Source of the DNA: Halobacteriota archaeon
GTDB lineage: Archaea > Halobacteriota > Bog-38 > Methanoflorentales > Methanoflorentaceae
Reading direction: 5' to 3'
Length of the DNA stretch: 64,000 nucleotides
Assembly (NCBI GenBank): GCA_050013755.1
Contig: JBEKER010000005.1
Span: 864 to 64,863, forward strand
This document shows positions 54,601-64,000 of the stretch, piece by piece. Within the stretch, counting starts at the first letter, position 1. Each line of letters starts with the position of its first letter. A program made the translations under genes and the position numbers. Below the pieces are notes generated by a model. That model ran no database searches. It worked only from the letters and a program-made list of their open reading frames with translations, and was not told the DNA's origin.

Positions 54601-55695
54601 ATGCAGACGGCCACTGACGTGGGAGATGAGTTACTAGGCGCACGCCTATCACCGCTGGCACGCCTTCTAGTCATCGCAGCAAGCATCGTCATCATCCTCG
54701 CCGGCCTAAAGGCGGCAGCCGAAATTGCAGCACCTATTCTTTTTGCGATCTTCCTCGCGACGCTCGCGAGTCCGTTGCTCCAAGGTCTCGAAAATCGGGG
54801 GCTTTCCACTGCCCGCGCTTTGGCAGTGATGATTGCTGGAACGTTAGCGCTTGGCGGCGGCTTTGTCGCACTGATTTACCTCTCGGTTCGCCAGATCCTC
54901 ATTCTGCCGTCGGCCGCGAACGCTGGCGCGCTTGGAGCTGCGCGCTCGTCACTCGCGGGCCTCGGACTTAACGGAACTCTGGAACCAGCGAATATCCTCA
55001 GCGACAGGTTCGTGCTGCAAGCGAGCGGCGCTATCCTGCACGCGGTCAGCAGTGCGGTCCTGCAACTGGTCATCCTGATCACGCTGTTCGTCTTTTTTTT
55101 GATCGCCTTTCCGAGGTTCCGTTCTACAGAGCTCGCGGACCACGTCGACTCGAGCCCCCTATTTGCTCCGTTGCTGGCGGTCAGGCAAGACCTATGGAGC
55201 TTCCTCGTCATTCGCACTAAGGTGAACGCCTTTATGGCAATTCCCGCCACGATCTTCCTCGTCGCAGCGGGCATCGACTTCGCCTTGCTATGGGGAGTCT
55301 TGCTCTTTGTCTTCAGCTTTATCCCATACATCGGGTTCGCGTTGGCGACGATTCCACCCGCGTTGTTAGGGTGGATAGAGTACGGGCCTATCGGGGCGAT
55401 CGCGGTCGTCCTCGTTTTTGTCATACTCAACATCATCGCCGAATACGTGCTCTTCCCTCGATACGCAGGCAAAGGGCTCAACATCCCGCCGTGGGTCGTG
55501 CTTGTTTCGGTGTTTTTCTGGGGCTGGCTTCTTGGCGCGCTGGGCACGCTTATTGCCGTGCCCATCACGTTGTTGATTCGAGTTTTGCTGAGCAATTATA
55601 CGGAGGCGCGCTGGCTTGTGGATGTTCTTGGGGGTGACGCCACCAACATCAGGTCCGATGATTCATCGGATCCGGCAATCGCGTCAAAGCAGTAG
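54601..55695 (+). CDS. AI-2E family transporter (PerM/UPF0118), copy 2
   Basis: FSFIPYIGFALATIPPALLGW...ILNIIAEYVLFPRYAGKGLNIPPWVVLVSVFFWGWLLGALGTLIAVPITLLI is the AI-2E signature region. Confidence 0.85.
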   Translation: MQTATDVGDELLGARLSPLARLLVIAASIVIILAGLKAAAEIAAPILFAIFLATLASPLLQGLENRGLSTARALAVMIAGTLALGGGFVALIYLSVRQILILPSAANAGALGAARSSLAGLGLNGTLEPANILSDRFVLQASGAILHAVSSAVLQLVILITLFVFFLIAFPRFRSTELADHVDSSPLFAPLLAVRQDLWSFLVIRTKVNAFMAIPATIFLVAAGIDFALLWGVLLFVFSFIPYIGFALATIPPALLGWIEYGPIGAIAVVLVFVILNIIAEYVLFPRYAGKGLNIPPWVVLVSVFFWGWLLGALGTLIAVPITLLIRVLLSNYTEARWLVDVLGGDATNIRSDDSSDPAIASKQ

Positions 55696-56000
55696 ATGCG
55701 TTCGGCTTTTCCCGTCTCGAAAAGAGAATCCTAACCATTGGCTTGCCTCGAAGGCCTCCGAAACTCGATTCCGCGATATCGATTCACTCCACGAAAACGG
55801 CTTCAGTAGCCGTCCCCATACGCGCTGTCGCGCCACTCCCAAGAAGCCCCGCCACAGACGCGTGGCTTAGATCTGAAACCAGGTCGTGGCCAAGTGCTAT
55901 CGAAGTGTGCACAGGTGCAAATCCACTGTTTTTAGACCCATCGAAAAATAAGGAGGAATTTTTTTGGAGGATTCGACAGTTCTGAGGGGGTCAAGCGAAG

Positions 56001-56333
56001 TCACAGGACTATAGGTTCAGCATACACTTTGCGTACGTCTTCTTCATTTAATAAACAGCTGAGCCTGCGGAGTCTGAACTTCATGTCTAGTAGACATTTT
56101 TTGCAAACTGGTTCAGCCCCCTTATACGTGTTCTCGCAAAATTCGCACACTTTGGAGGCAGGATCTTCTTCTATTCTCGTCTTGATGTCATAGCGAACAA
56201 TATAAGCGTTAATTGCCTGCATTGACGCCATGAGTTCTTTCTTGCATATGGATATGCACTGGTCGTCGTCGGTCCAATCAGCCCAATCCGTCTGCAGCTT
56301 CTTGTGAATTTGCTCGAGATCCGTCGTGTCCAT
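56001..56333 (-). CDS. hypothetical Cys-rich protein (possible zinc ribbon)
   Basis: 110-aa ORF with C-x3-C, CEFC (C-x2-C) and CKKC (C-x2-C). No family recognised. Confidence 0.4.
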   Translation of the reverse strand: MDTTDLEQIHKKLQTDWADWTDDDQCISICKKELMASMQAINAYIVRYDIKTRIEEDPASKVCEFCENTYKGAEPVCKKCLLDMKFRLRRLSCLLNEEDVRKVYAEPIVL

Positions 56334-57114
56334 TAGATCACATTTACCGCTGTATAATCAACGTCCTTTATTAGTCTGTCTATTTGGACGTCTTGAGCGC
56401 CAGTGAGGCTAAAAATTGCTTAAATTGCACCCGCCCGAGCCGTTCGCTCGTGTTTGATTATAAGTGTCAGGCAGCAACCGCGTGCATGTATCTACGTCCT
56501 CAGTTGTGCACGGGGGCCGGGGGACTAGCACACCGGAGGCGAGCTAACGGGCGCGTAAGTCGCTAGCTTTGACGTAATATCTACGTGCAGCGATTCCGAT
56601 AATAATGACGACATCGCCGCGAGATCACAGCGCACCTAATCAGCAGAGGCCTTACCGGCTGCAAAAAAAGAGAGGAGGCAGCGCCACATATTCAAACTTC
56701 TCCTTTGGGGGCAGTGCTACCAAACTGAGGTCATGGTTCGTTTTAAGAACACTTTCGAAGGAAGCAACATCACGTGTGGCGCTGCAACAAGACCGCCTAA
56801 GACGGTCTTGGCACATCATTTGTTGCGCGAACCGCTATAAGAACGTTTGTTACACATGCGTGTGTGACTTGACATCGCTGCATTGTACGCAAGCGCAGCG
56901 AGGGCAGTTGCTACGGATGAGCCGGTCTCAAGCTTGCGTCTGCACGTTGTGCTGGGGGTTGATGCTGCCAAAAAGCCCCCCGACCGCTTCAGAAATGGGT
57001 TGTATTGCTGAAAGGCCACGCAAACATAAAACTGCCAAATAGGAAGCGATATAAACACGACGACACAAATAACATTGCGAATCTTAAAAACGTAAAAGGA
57101 GGTGTAATATAAAC

Positions 57115-57660
57115 ATGGCTGAAAAAACTACCCCAATGTGGGCGCGTCTCCTCGAGGTCATTCTCGGGATAATTGTTCTCGTCCTCGCAGTATACGTCCT
57201 TTTCAATACCGGTGCTGCTGTCAATACACTCAGATGGTTACTCGGAATTGGAGTTCTCATCCTGGGCCTCATTATGCTAATACGCGGAGCTACGTCTAAG
57301 GTCCTCTCAGGAACTGGCAGAGTAGTGAACGTCATATTGGGGATTATTTTTCTGGCAGTAGGCGCTTCAGCGATATACTATCCCAACTTTGGCACAACGT
57401 TGGTTATACTCATTTTTGCCTTCGGATTGTTGCTGAACGCGATAGGAAGGCTTGAATTTGCAGGCTATTCTGTGGCAGCCGGAATGCCGCCCTCGGTTCG
57501 TTGGGCGAACATAATTCTCGGTGTCATAGCCTTCATACTCGCTATAGTCGCTTTCGTAGACGCCGATTTTGCCAACACATTTCTTGGGCTCCTAGTGGCG
57601 CTAGTGCTGTTCCTCTTCGGGATCCAGCTCGTCATCGCAGGAGCAGGCAGCCGCGGCTAA
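57115..57660 (+). CDS. hdeD: HdeD/DUF308-family membrane protein, copy 2
   Basis: 181 aa, 6 TM, DUF308 pattern. AAGGAGGTG lies 10 nt upstream. Confidence 0.75.
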   Translation: MAEKTTPMWARLLEVILGIIVLVLAVYVLFNTGAAVNTLRWLLGIGVLILGLIMLIRGATSKVLSGTGRVVNVILGIIFLAVGASAIYYPNFGTTLVILIFAFGLLLNAIGRLEFAGYSVAAGMPPSVRWANIILGVIAFILAIVAFVDADFANTFLGLLVALVLFLFGIQLVIAGAGSRG

Positions 57661-57678
57661 AACGCCGCTTGCCTTTTC

Positions 57679-57686
57679 TTTTTTTT
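57679..57686 (+). terminator. oligo-T tract after hdeD copy 2
   Basis: T8 run 19 nt after the stop. Confidence 0.4.
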
Positions 57687-57899
57687 CGCAGTAGGCACGA
57701 ATTCTTTTGCGCAATACGCCTGGTTGTTCCGTATGCATTAGCCGGTGGCTAGTCTGTGGCACCAAGCGAACCACGAAGAGAGCAGCGCAAAGCAGGAACT
57801 ACGCGCCGTGCGGTGCAAACCGGAACCAATATAAGCACGGCAACCCATAAACTGGACTTTGAATTACCAAAAAAAACGTTAAAGGAGGTGAAAATTGAA

Positions 57900-58415
57900 A
57901 TGGCTGATGAAAAAAAGAGTTCTATCTGGCTGCGAATCCTTGAAATCATCGCAGGTCTTATCATCCTTGTCCTGGCCGGCTACGTCATCGCATATCCAGG
58001 AGTGGCAATAGCAACGCTCATAGCCTTCCTATCAATCGCGCTGATTATCCTCGGAGTTGCATATTTCATACGAGTATTTGCAAAAGGCATTTCCGGATGG
58101 CGACGACTGCTCAACCTGATTATGTCGGTGCTGCTGGTCATAATCGCCGCCCTAGTAATCGACAATCCGTTCATCTACGGATCACTGACGCTCGTCTATC
58201 TGCTCGGCTTAGCATTGTTGTTCGCCGGGATAGCGAGTGCCGCGCGCGGCACCATAGGAGGAATCGTCGTCGGGATACTCGGAATTATCATAGGCTTTGT
58301 CGTGATAATCTTCCCGGGTCTCGGCTTAGCAACGCTCGTGTTCCTGCTGGCCGTGTTCCTGGTAATCTTCGGATTAGAGTCGATAATCTCCGGGATCATG
58401 GGGAGATGGGTCTAA
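57900..58415 (+). CDS. hdeD: HdeD/DUF308-family membrane protein, copy 3
   Basis: MADEKKSSIWLRILEIIAGLIILVLAGYVIAYPGVA... is very similar to copy 1, down to the C-terminal GRWV. AAGGAGGTG lies 9 nt upstream of ATG 57900. The track ORF starts upstream at 57756. Confidence 0.75.
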   Translation: MADEKKSSIWLRILEIIAGLIILVLAGYVIAYPGVAIATLIAFLSIALIILGVAYFIRVFAKGISGWRRLLNLIMSVLLVIIAALVIDNPFIYGSLTLVYLLGLALLFAGIASAARGTIGGIVVGILGIIIGFVVIIFPGLGLATLVFLLAVFLVIFGLESIISGIMGRWV

Positions 58416-58741
58416 CCCATCCCCTCCTCCTGCGCGAGCGACGCACTTAAACGTCCGCATCGACGCCTTGAACTACCATATGAGCGGAGCTTAGATATCA
58501 TTAAGCGGAACGCATGGAAACGCGAATAGTCCGGAAATACGCCTCGCACGTGGGCGACGCGCTAGAATCAAACGGATAGTTCGGCCTCGCAGAAGCAATC
58601 TTCGCTAGAATCGCGACGCTTATTGCTGTAGCAGCGCTTAAGCTCGTGGCGGAGAATTATAGGGTTCCAAGAAAATTGGCGCGTTAGACCTTTATAACGT
58701 GTCGCCCGGCGCCAAAATTACTAGGCGCGTCTTCGTAGCGT

Positions 58742-59548
58742 CTAAGGGGCAGGGGTACGCCCCAAACTCTCAAGCTCCTTAAGGTATTTTCGCCGCCTTG
58801 CCTCGTACGCCGTGCGATTCTCACCAAAGGGCACATATTCCGAGACGAGCCACCCCTCTTGGGCCATCGCGACCTTCGTACGATCAGCGAGACCTTTGAG
58901 AAAGCCAAACTCGATTAAGTCCTTCTTCCCTTCTATCTTCGTGGTCATCCACTCGATGAGGTCTGGATCGTGTGTTCCAACGGTAAAAAAAGTCACCTTC
59001 GCGCACAGGATCTTTGACAGCTGCTTGAAACGCTTCTGAATATCAGCAAAATCCGTGGTTGATCCCACGTACGCTCCCTTAACAATCCGTGCGATGATAC
59101 CGGACTCCGACGCGCGCACAACGTCATCACGTGAGCGGTCAAGGTATGCCTGCAGCGCGAGACTTACCCGCCCTTTTTTTGCGCACGCCGCGGCAACGTC
59201 GATTGTGTATGTAACGAGGCCCTGTCCTTCCATATCGATTTCGAATCCGACGCCGCGGCGCGCCGCTTCTTGGGCGATTGTCTGCACGTTTTGCCGACAG
59301 CGTTCTTGGTCAAAGAGGGCCCCCAACGCGCTCAGCTTGACGGTTAACGATGCATCTAGTCCACTGTCAGCAATAGACTTCGCAGCAGCTATATACGCCT
59401 CAACCGAGCCAGCGGCCTGGCTTTCTTCGCGCGCGTATTCCCCTAGCACGTCGATGATGCACCGGATGTTCTGAGCGTTCCTCCGCGAACACCAAGCAAC
59501 CGCGCTTTGCAAGTCGGGTAACGCCCATCGACTCTCACGTTCGTTCAT
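58742..59548 (-). CDS. proline dehydrogenase family protein (stand-alone PRODH domain)
   Basis: LTVKLSALG, LALQAYL, RIVKGAY, VGTHDPDL, EFGFLKG, YVPFG are the PutA PRODH-barrel motifs. Confidence 0.8.
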   Translation of the reverse strand: MNERESRWALPDLQSAVAWCSRRNAQNIRCIIDVLGEYAREESQAAGSVEAYIAAAKSIADSGLDASLTVKLSALGALFDQERCRQNVQTIAQEAARRGVGFEIDMEGQGLVTYTIDVAAACAKKGRVSLALQAYLDRSRDDVVRASESGIIARIVKGAYVGSTTDFADIQKRFKQLSKILCAKVTFFTVGTHDPDLIEWMTTKIEGKKDLIEFGFLKGLADRTKVAMAQEGWLVSEYVPFGENRTAYEARRRKYLKELESLGRTPAP

Positions 59549-59551
59549 CTT

Positions 59552-60616
59552 TTGCGTTGCACAGCATTGCGAGTGTTTCTATTAAACAGTTTACCGTCGG
59601 GGGCAAAGTGGACTGCCGTTGTCTGGAGTGACGTGCTGGTAGCTAACGACGACTCCATTCGTTGTGTAGGGACTGACGCTGCGTCGGTCTGTGCACATAG
59701 GCTTATAACGGGTCAAAACGTATCGCGGGACAGTGGTTTTTTGGAACCGAGCATAGTAAGAGAGAATGGCCTCGTTGCCACCTTCCACCGACCATCAACA
59801 TCTGGCACGCACCCTGGAATCATCGTCATAGGTGGTGCGGGCGGCGGCTTGGGCAGCACGAGCGCTGTCGGCTCGCTCCTGGCAGAGCGGGGATATTCGG
59901 CGCTCGCGCTCGCGTACTTTGGGCTCGAACACCTGCCCGCTCGGCTTGAGGAGATACCGCTCGAGTATTTCAGGTCAGCAATCGAATGGATGCGCTCGCA
60001 GCCGTCGGTTGAGCCGAGTAAAATCGGCGTCGTAGGCACCTCGAAAGGCGGCGAAGCCGCGTTGCTAGTAAGTGCGACGTATCGAGAGATCTGCGCCGTC
60101 GTGGCGTACTCCCCGAGTCATGTCGTCTTTCAGGGCATTAATGAGGCGTGGTCGGATGCGTCGGCGTCAAAATCCTCCTGGACGCTAGACGGAAAGCCGG
60201 TGCCCTTCGTGCCCTTCCGAATGGACAACGACTACATCGAGCGGTACGGCTTTTACTTGGGATTGTATCTCGGCAGCCTTCAAGACCAGCAAGCGGTAGA
60301 GCGCGCCTTCATTCCCGTCGAGCGCATCAACGGCCCCATTTTGTTAGCCTCTGGGATGGATGACGCTATTTGGCCGTCGAGCATGATGTGCGAACAGGTC
60401 GTCGAACGGCTCAAACAGCGCCACTTCGCCTATTCCTTCCAACATTTCTCTTACAACGGCGCGGGGCACCTGCTTGCAGGGCCGAGCCGACTCGCGCCGG
60501 CCAGCACAATCGGTGCCGGCGGCATGGCTATTGGCGGCACTGAGAACGCAAATGCCGCCGCGAGAGACGACGCGTGGGCGAAGGTGTGCACGTTCTTCGG
60601 CGCGAATCTCAAGTGA
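59552..60616 (+). CDS. alpha/beta hydrolase, BAAT/acyl-CoA thioesterase C-terminal-domain family
   Basis: HPGIIVIGGAGGG, nucleophile elbow GTSKGG, PILLASGMDDAIWPS, GAGHLL. The start is uncertain because 59552 abuts the divergent gene; in-frame GTG 59633 is a more plausible start. Confidence 0.7.
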   Translation: MRCTALRVFLLNSLPSGAKWTAVVWSDVLVANDDSIRCVGTDAASVCAHRLITGQNVSRDSGFLEPSIVRENGLVATFHRPSTSGTHPGIIVIGGAGGGLGSTSAVGSLLAERGYSALALAYFGLEHLPARLEEIPLEYFRSAIEWMRSQPSVEPSKIGVVGTSKGGEAALLVSATYREICAVVAYSPSHVVFQGINEAWSDASASKSSWTLDGKPVPFVPFRMDNDYIERYGFYLGLYLGSLQDQQAVERAFIPVERINGPILLASGMDDAIWPSSMMCEQVVERLKQRHFAYSFQHFSYNGAGHLLAGPSRLAPASTIGAGGMAIGGTENANAAARDDAWAKVCTFFGANLK

Positions 60617-61049
60617 TACCAGCGCGCGTACGCACGTCAGCGCACGCGTGACGAGCGTCCCCTTGCACCGCAGATGCTGCAATCGTGTTCTTCGTCGTCT
60701 GACGGCTACTGTCGCCGCCGCGACCAAACCGATATGGCTAAGTACCCGGCCGCCTCGACGCCAATGAGGAGTATCGCAGATACTTTCTCGTGGTATCACC
60801 TCCCAAGAGGCGGCGGGGCAGTGCATGGGTTATCCGCCGCTTTTTCAGATATGGCGAGCAGAGGCAATCTCAGAGCATTCTCAATTTCAGACCTTTCCTG
60901 CTGGAGCCCCTGCCGTTGTTGCGAGCTGCATCGTCGCAACCACGACCGCGATCCAAGACGTTATTAGTTCCGTCCCCCCTCTAGCTGCTCAGCCTAAGCG
61001 CTGAGGGCGGTGATTATTCAAAAAAAGAGTGGCAGCTGCGCAAAAGGTT

Positions 61050-61649
61050 TCAGAGAACGTACGGAATAAGCCGTTTTGTTTTCTTCGCGTACGCGACGTA
61101 TTCGTCGCCAAGCTTCGACGTTAAAACCCCCTCCTCCACGTGAATCCGATAGCCGAACGCCACGCCGAAAAAAACTATGAGCACGAGCACCGCCCCCCAC
61201 GACTGCAGCACGAACCCCAGTCCGACCATAGTGAGGAGCGATCCCGTATACGCGGGATGGCGCACCAGTCGATACGGTCCCCGGTCCACCACCGCCTGAC
61301 CCTCTTGAACGCCGACAGTCCGCGAGAAATAACGCCCCAGCACGGCAATCGCCCGCTGTCGGAGAAGAATGCCTGCGATCATGAGGCCGATCCCGAGGTA
61401 GAAAGCCCCGCTCGGCAACGATGCGATACCAGAAGCGGCAAAAAGAAAGGCGATCATAAGGGACAGGAACATGCTCAGTGATATCAGTAGGCGGGAACTG
61501 CGGTCTTCATATCTGATCGGGGCGCCGTGGCGACGCGAGCGCGGGATGATGCCCCCAATAACGAGTTCGCTGAGCAGCCACAGCGCGTACACGACAAAGA
61601 ATATTGATGCCGCAGTTGTCGTCGGGAATAGTTCCGCTAGATAGACCAT
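61050..61649 (-). CDS. isoprenylcysteine carboxyl methyltransferase (ICMT/PEMT) family membrane protein
   Basis: GPYRLVRHPAYTGSLLTMVG...HVEEGVLTSKLGDEYVAYAKKTKRLIP. Confidence 0.8.
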   Translation of the reverse strand: MVYLAELFPTTTAASIFFVVYALWLLSELVIGGIIPRSRRHGAPIRYEDRSSRLLISLSMFLSLMIAFLFAASGIASLPSGAFYLGIGLMIAGILLRQRAIAVLGRYFSRTVGVQEGQAVVDRGPYRLVRHPAYTGSLLTMVGLGFVLQSWGAVLVLIVFFGVAFGYRIHVEEGVLTSKLGDEYVAYAKKTKRLIPYVL

Positions 61650-61801
61650 CGTATCTCTGCTGGGCTGTCTTGTTCTTCTTCAATATGCCTTTATCGCCTA
61701 TGTCGAATTGCTTGTCCGCCCTCACCACAGCCCGTTCGCGGAATCTCCTCAGTGCTCTGCGCAAAGTGCCGTTATAATGCCTCCTTTGCCGCTCCAAGAA
61801 A

Positions 61802-61978
61802 CTAGCGCGAAACATACGCAACCGGTCTTCGGGGATTTCGGAAAAACAAGAGCCACACCACAAAGAACACCAGCGCGGCAAGTATCAACCAGGGAAGCAA
61901 GTGGATGACCACGGTTATCACCAGGAGCACGATAATAAGGATCAGTACTACTACGAGAAGATCTGATAGTGTGCTCAT
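61802..61978 (-). CDS. candidate 58-aa two-TM membrane protein
   Basis: ATG 61978. MSTLSDLLVVVLILIIVLLVITVVIHLLPWLILAALVFFVVWLLFFRNPRRPVAYVSR. Below the ORF-track cutoff. Lies upstream of the ICMT gene on the same strand. Confidence 0.35.
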   Translation of the reverse strand: MSTLSDLLVVVLILIIVLLVITVVIHLLPWLILAALVFFVVWLLFFRNPRRPVAYVSR

Positions 61979-62137
61979 TACGTGTTAGAAACTAACGTCA
62001 GGAGTATTAACTATTTCTTTATTGTCGGTTAACGCGCGCACGGACATGTCGTTTTTGCCCGCCGATGGTGATTAGCACCCTCCGTCATACGAGAGAGCAT
62101 CGCAGACAGTGCGCCAGAATGCCGTGTGATATGGAAC

Positions 62138-62914
62138 TCAACCAAACCTGCGAACGAGTGGAAGAAAAACCCATTCCCATCTTGGAGCGACGTACCTGCG
62201 CTTTGGTCGCCGGGCTTCGACCGCCTTAACGACTTGTTTTGCAATGCTCTGCGTGTCTTGCACCTCGCGCTTCACGAGTCGCTCTCCCGCATCGCGAACG
62301 TATTCTATGTGATCTTTATACAGACCGTTTACGTCCATCCACTCGTATTTTTTCGCCAGGTTTTTCTGATTGAAGCCTGTGTTATAGCCCCCGGGATTGA
62401 TGAGGATCACTTTGATGCCAAATGGTTTCAGTTCCGTTCGCAAGGAGGAAGCGACACTTTCGAGGGCAGATTTTGTCATGGCATAGGGTGCGTAAAATGG
62501 CATGGGAATAAGGCCTGCCATTGAGCCCATGAACACAATGCGTCCTCCACCCTTTGCGATCATCTGAGGCAAGACTTTCTGTGTTAATCGCAGCGCTGAA
62601 AACACGTTTGTCTCAAACACGGCGCTTATTCGCAGAGGGTCTATTTCGGCCAACGGTCCGGAGTCGCCGATAGCGGCGTTGTTGATTAAGACATCGATGT
62701 CCCACTCGTCGACTTTGTTGATGTCGTTGGCTTCGGTCACATCGAGCTTGTCCACTACGAAGTTCTTGCCAAAAGAGGTCAAAACAGATCGCAATTCATC
62801 AACTGAGTTCTCTCTGTGAACGGTTGCATAGACTCTATGTCCCCTCTTGAGCAGCCTGCACGCCACATCAAGCCCTATGCCCCCTCTGCAGCCCGTTATG
62901 AGAATACGTGCCAT
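62138..62914 (-). CDS. short-chain dehydrogenase/reductase (SDR)
   Basis: ILITGCRGGIGLD (T-G-x3-G-x-G), NNAA, YAPYAMTK (Y-x3-K). ATG 62914 is preferred over the track start 63025. Confidence 0.85.
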   Translation of the reverse strand: MARILITGCRGGIGLDVACRLLKRGHRVYATVHRENSVDELRSVLTSFGKNFVVDKLDVTEANDINKVDEWDIDVLINNAAIGDSGPLAEIDPLRISAVFETNVFSALRLTQKVLPQMIAKGGGRIVFMGSMAGLIPMPFYAPYAMTKSALESVASSLRTELKPFGIKVILINPGGYNTGFNQKNLAKKYEWMDVNGLYKDHIEYVRDAGERLVKREVQDTQSIAKQVVKAVEARRPKRRYVAPRWEWVFLPLVRRFG

Positions 62915-63132
62915 GATCCCGATCGCCTCTGGTGCTACTATCTCAGCAGCCTGTAATAAGGATATTTGACCTACTGCGGAAGGCGTCGAATGGAGGGCAA
63001 TGGAATTTTGGGCCTCATTTGTCATTTCGGCGCCATAAATTGAAATACATTGGAAACAAGCAATGACTGCTTATTTAGACAAATAGGCACTACGCGACAT
63101 TAACGCGACAAGAAATAAGGAGACCATGAAGA

Positions 63133-63546
63133 ATGAAAAATATTGTAGAAACCGCGATCGCCGCTGAGAACTTTACGACACTGGTTAAAGCTGTGGGAGC
63201 GGCAGATCTTGTGGATACGCTGAGCGGACCCGGTGCTTTTACGGTCTTTGCGCCCACTGACGCCGCCTTTGCAAAGGTGCCTTCAGGAGTGTTAGACAGC
63301 GTGTTGAAAGACAAGAAAGAGCTTACTAAGCTACTCACGTACCACGTCGTGTCTGGAAAGTATATGGCAAGTGATGTGAAGAAGCTCAAATCAGTACCGA
63401 CGCTTCAGGGACAGTCGCTTACAGTAGAAGTTCATCGCCTGTTTCACCGAGGCGTTAAGATAGATGATGCTCAAGTAATTCATCCCGACATCGAGTGTAC
63501 TAATGGTGTGATCCACATCATCGATTCAGTGTTGATGCCTAAGTGA
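63133..63546 (+). CDS. fasciclin (FAS1) domain protein
   Basis: [40 protein letters not shown]. Confidence 0.85.
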   Translation: MKNIVETAIAAENFTTLVKAVGAADLVDTLSGPGAFTVFAPTDAAFAKVPSGVLDSVLKDKKELTKLLTYHVVSGKYMASDVKKLKSVPTLQGQSLTVEVHRLFHRGVKIDDAQVIHPDIECTNGVIHIIDSVLMPK

Positions 63547-63820
63547 TGTGTTTGTGCCATGTAGCGGCACAACAGCCACGTGCCACACGTGAAATAAGCT
63601 GCAATTCAGGAGGGTCATCGGCACGCCTCCTGGTACTCTTTTCTTCAAACGGATAACCTTGGCGGAGCCGTTCTTTTCGTCTTAATGCACAAAGCTGAGC
63701 TCAAATCCGTCCTTTGTAAGCTCGAGGGCTGGATTTTTTGGTCACGCCTAAATAGGCTGATCGTTCAAAACGTAAAAAAGGCTCTGCTGGTTACAACACG
63801 CTATCTCTCTACAGTTGTAG

Positions 63821-64000
63821 TTACTTCTTGCTCGCGGCCTGCGCGAGTGGGTTTTTGTTCTGCGCTGCCGCGTGCACAATCTGCGCGATCCGTTTTTGTC
63901 GCGTTTCAGGACGCTTGGCACCCGCGACGTACCGCAGTAGCTGTTTCTTACTTGACGCGCTGAACGCCGCGAAGTTCTGTCCAGCGGCTTTATTGTCGGC
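63821..64000 (-). CDS. YdeI/OmpD-associated family protein, C-terminal part (gene runs off the window)
   Basis: Minus-strand translation ...FAAFSASSKKQLLRYVAGAKRPETRQKRIAQIVHAAAQNK ends at the stop at 63821-63823. Matches the YdeI C-terminal signature (AK-x-(P/E)-ETR-x-(K/R)-RI). Confidence 0.6.
   Translation of the reverse strand, partial: ADNKAAGQNFAAFSASSKKQLLRYVAGAKRPETRQKRIAQIVHAAAQNKNPLAQAASKK

Overview
This is a 64-kb, gene-dense segment (about 65 supportable genes on both strands, mid/high GC) that reads as archaeal, probably euryarchaeal. Evidence for that: an ATP-dependent DNA ligase (KYDGAR adenylation motif), a PGF-CTERM sorting-signal protein, Lrp/AsnC and PadR regulators, AT-rich TATA-like boxes about 25-30 nt upstream of several start codons (leaderless-type spacing), and oligo-T tracts after genes. 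I recognised no rRNA, tRNA, CRISPR array, transposase or integrase. The content is mostly stress, ion-homeostasis and transport genes, with heavy paralogy: two GadB-type glutamate decarboxylases, three HdeD/DUF308 membrane proteins, a ClC protein, a 6-TM K+ channel, a CPA1 Na+/H+ antiporter, three 14-TMS DHA2 MFS exporters plus one MFS remnant, two AI-2E (PerM) transporters, two UspA proteins and two nitroreductases. The most interesting loci are: (i) an orphan operon of a GT4 glycosyltransferase, a Cys-less PTPS/QueD homologue and a GTP cyclohydrolase II::MDR dehydrogenase fusion (3630-7090), which matches no textbook GTP-derived cofactor pathway; (ii) an lrp / soluble MgtE-type (PRC barrel + MgtE-N + CBS, no membrane domain) / Nramp-related transporter operon (45775-48780), whose transporter carries the D-A-G-G and T-x-x-A-P-W substitutions I recall as typical of Mg2+-transporting NRMTs; (iii) a Cys-type sulfatase with a 25-codon overlapping upstream ORF, convergent with an anaerobic sulfatase maturase; (iv) an orphan HprK-like P-loop protein downstream of a SOUL haem-binding gene; (v) a dispersed acid-resistance-like gene set with no GadC in the window. 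Several gene remnants or disruptions are visible: an hcp 3' end, an MFS C-terminus, a start-less SHOCT module and an AttH-like gene split by one in-frame TGA. All functional calls come from motif recognition by eye and none has been checked against a database.
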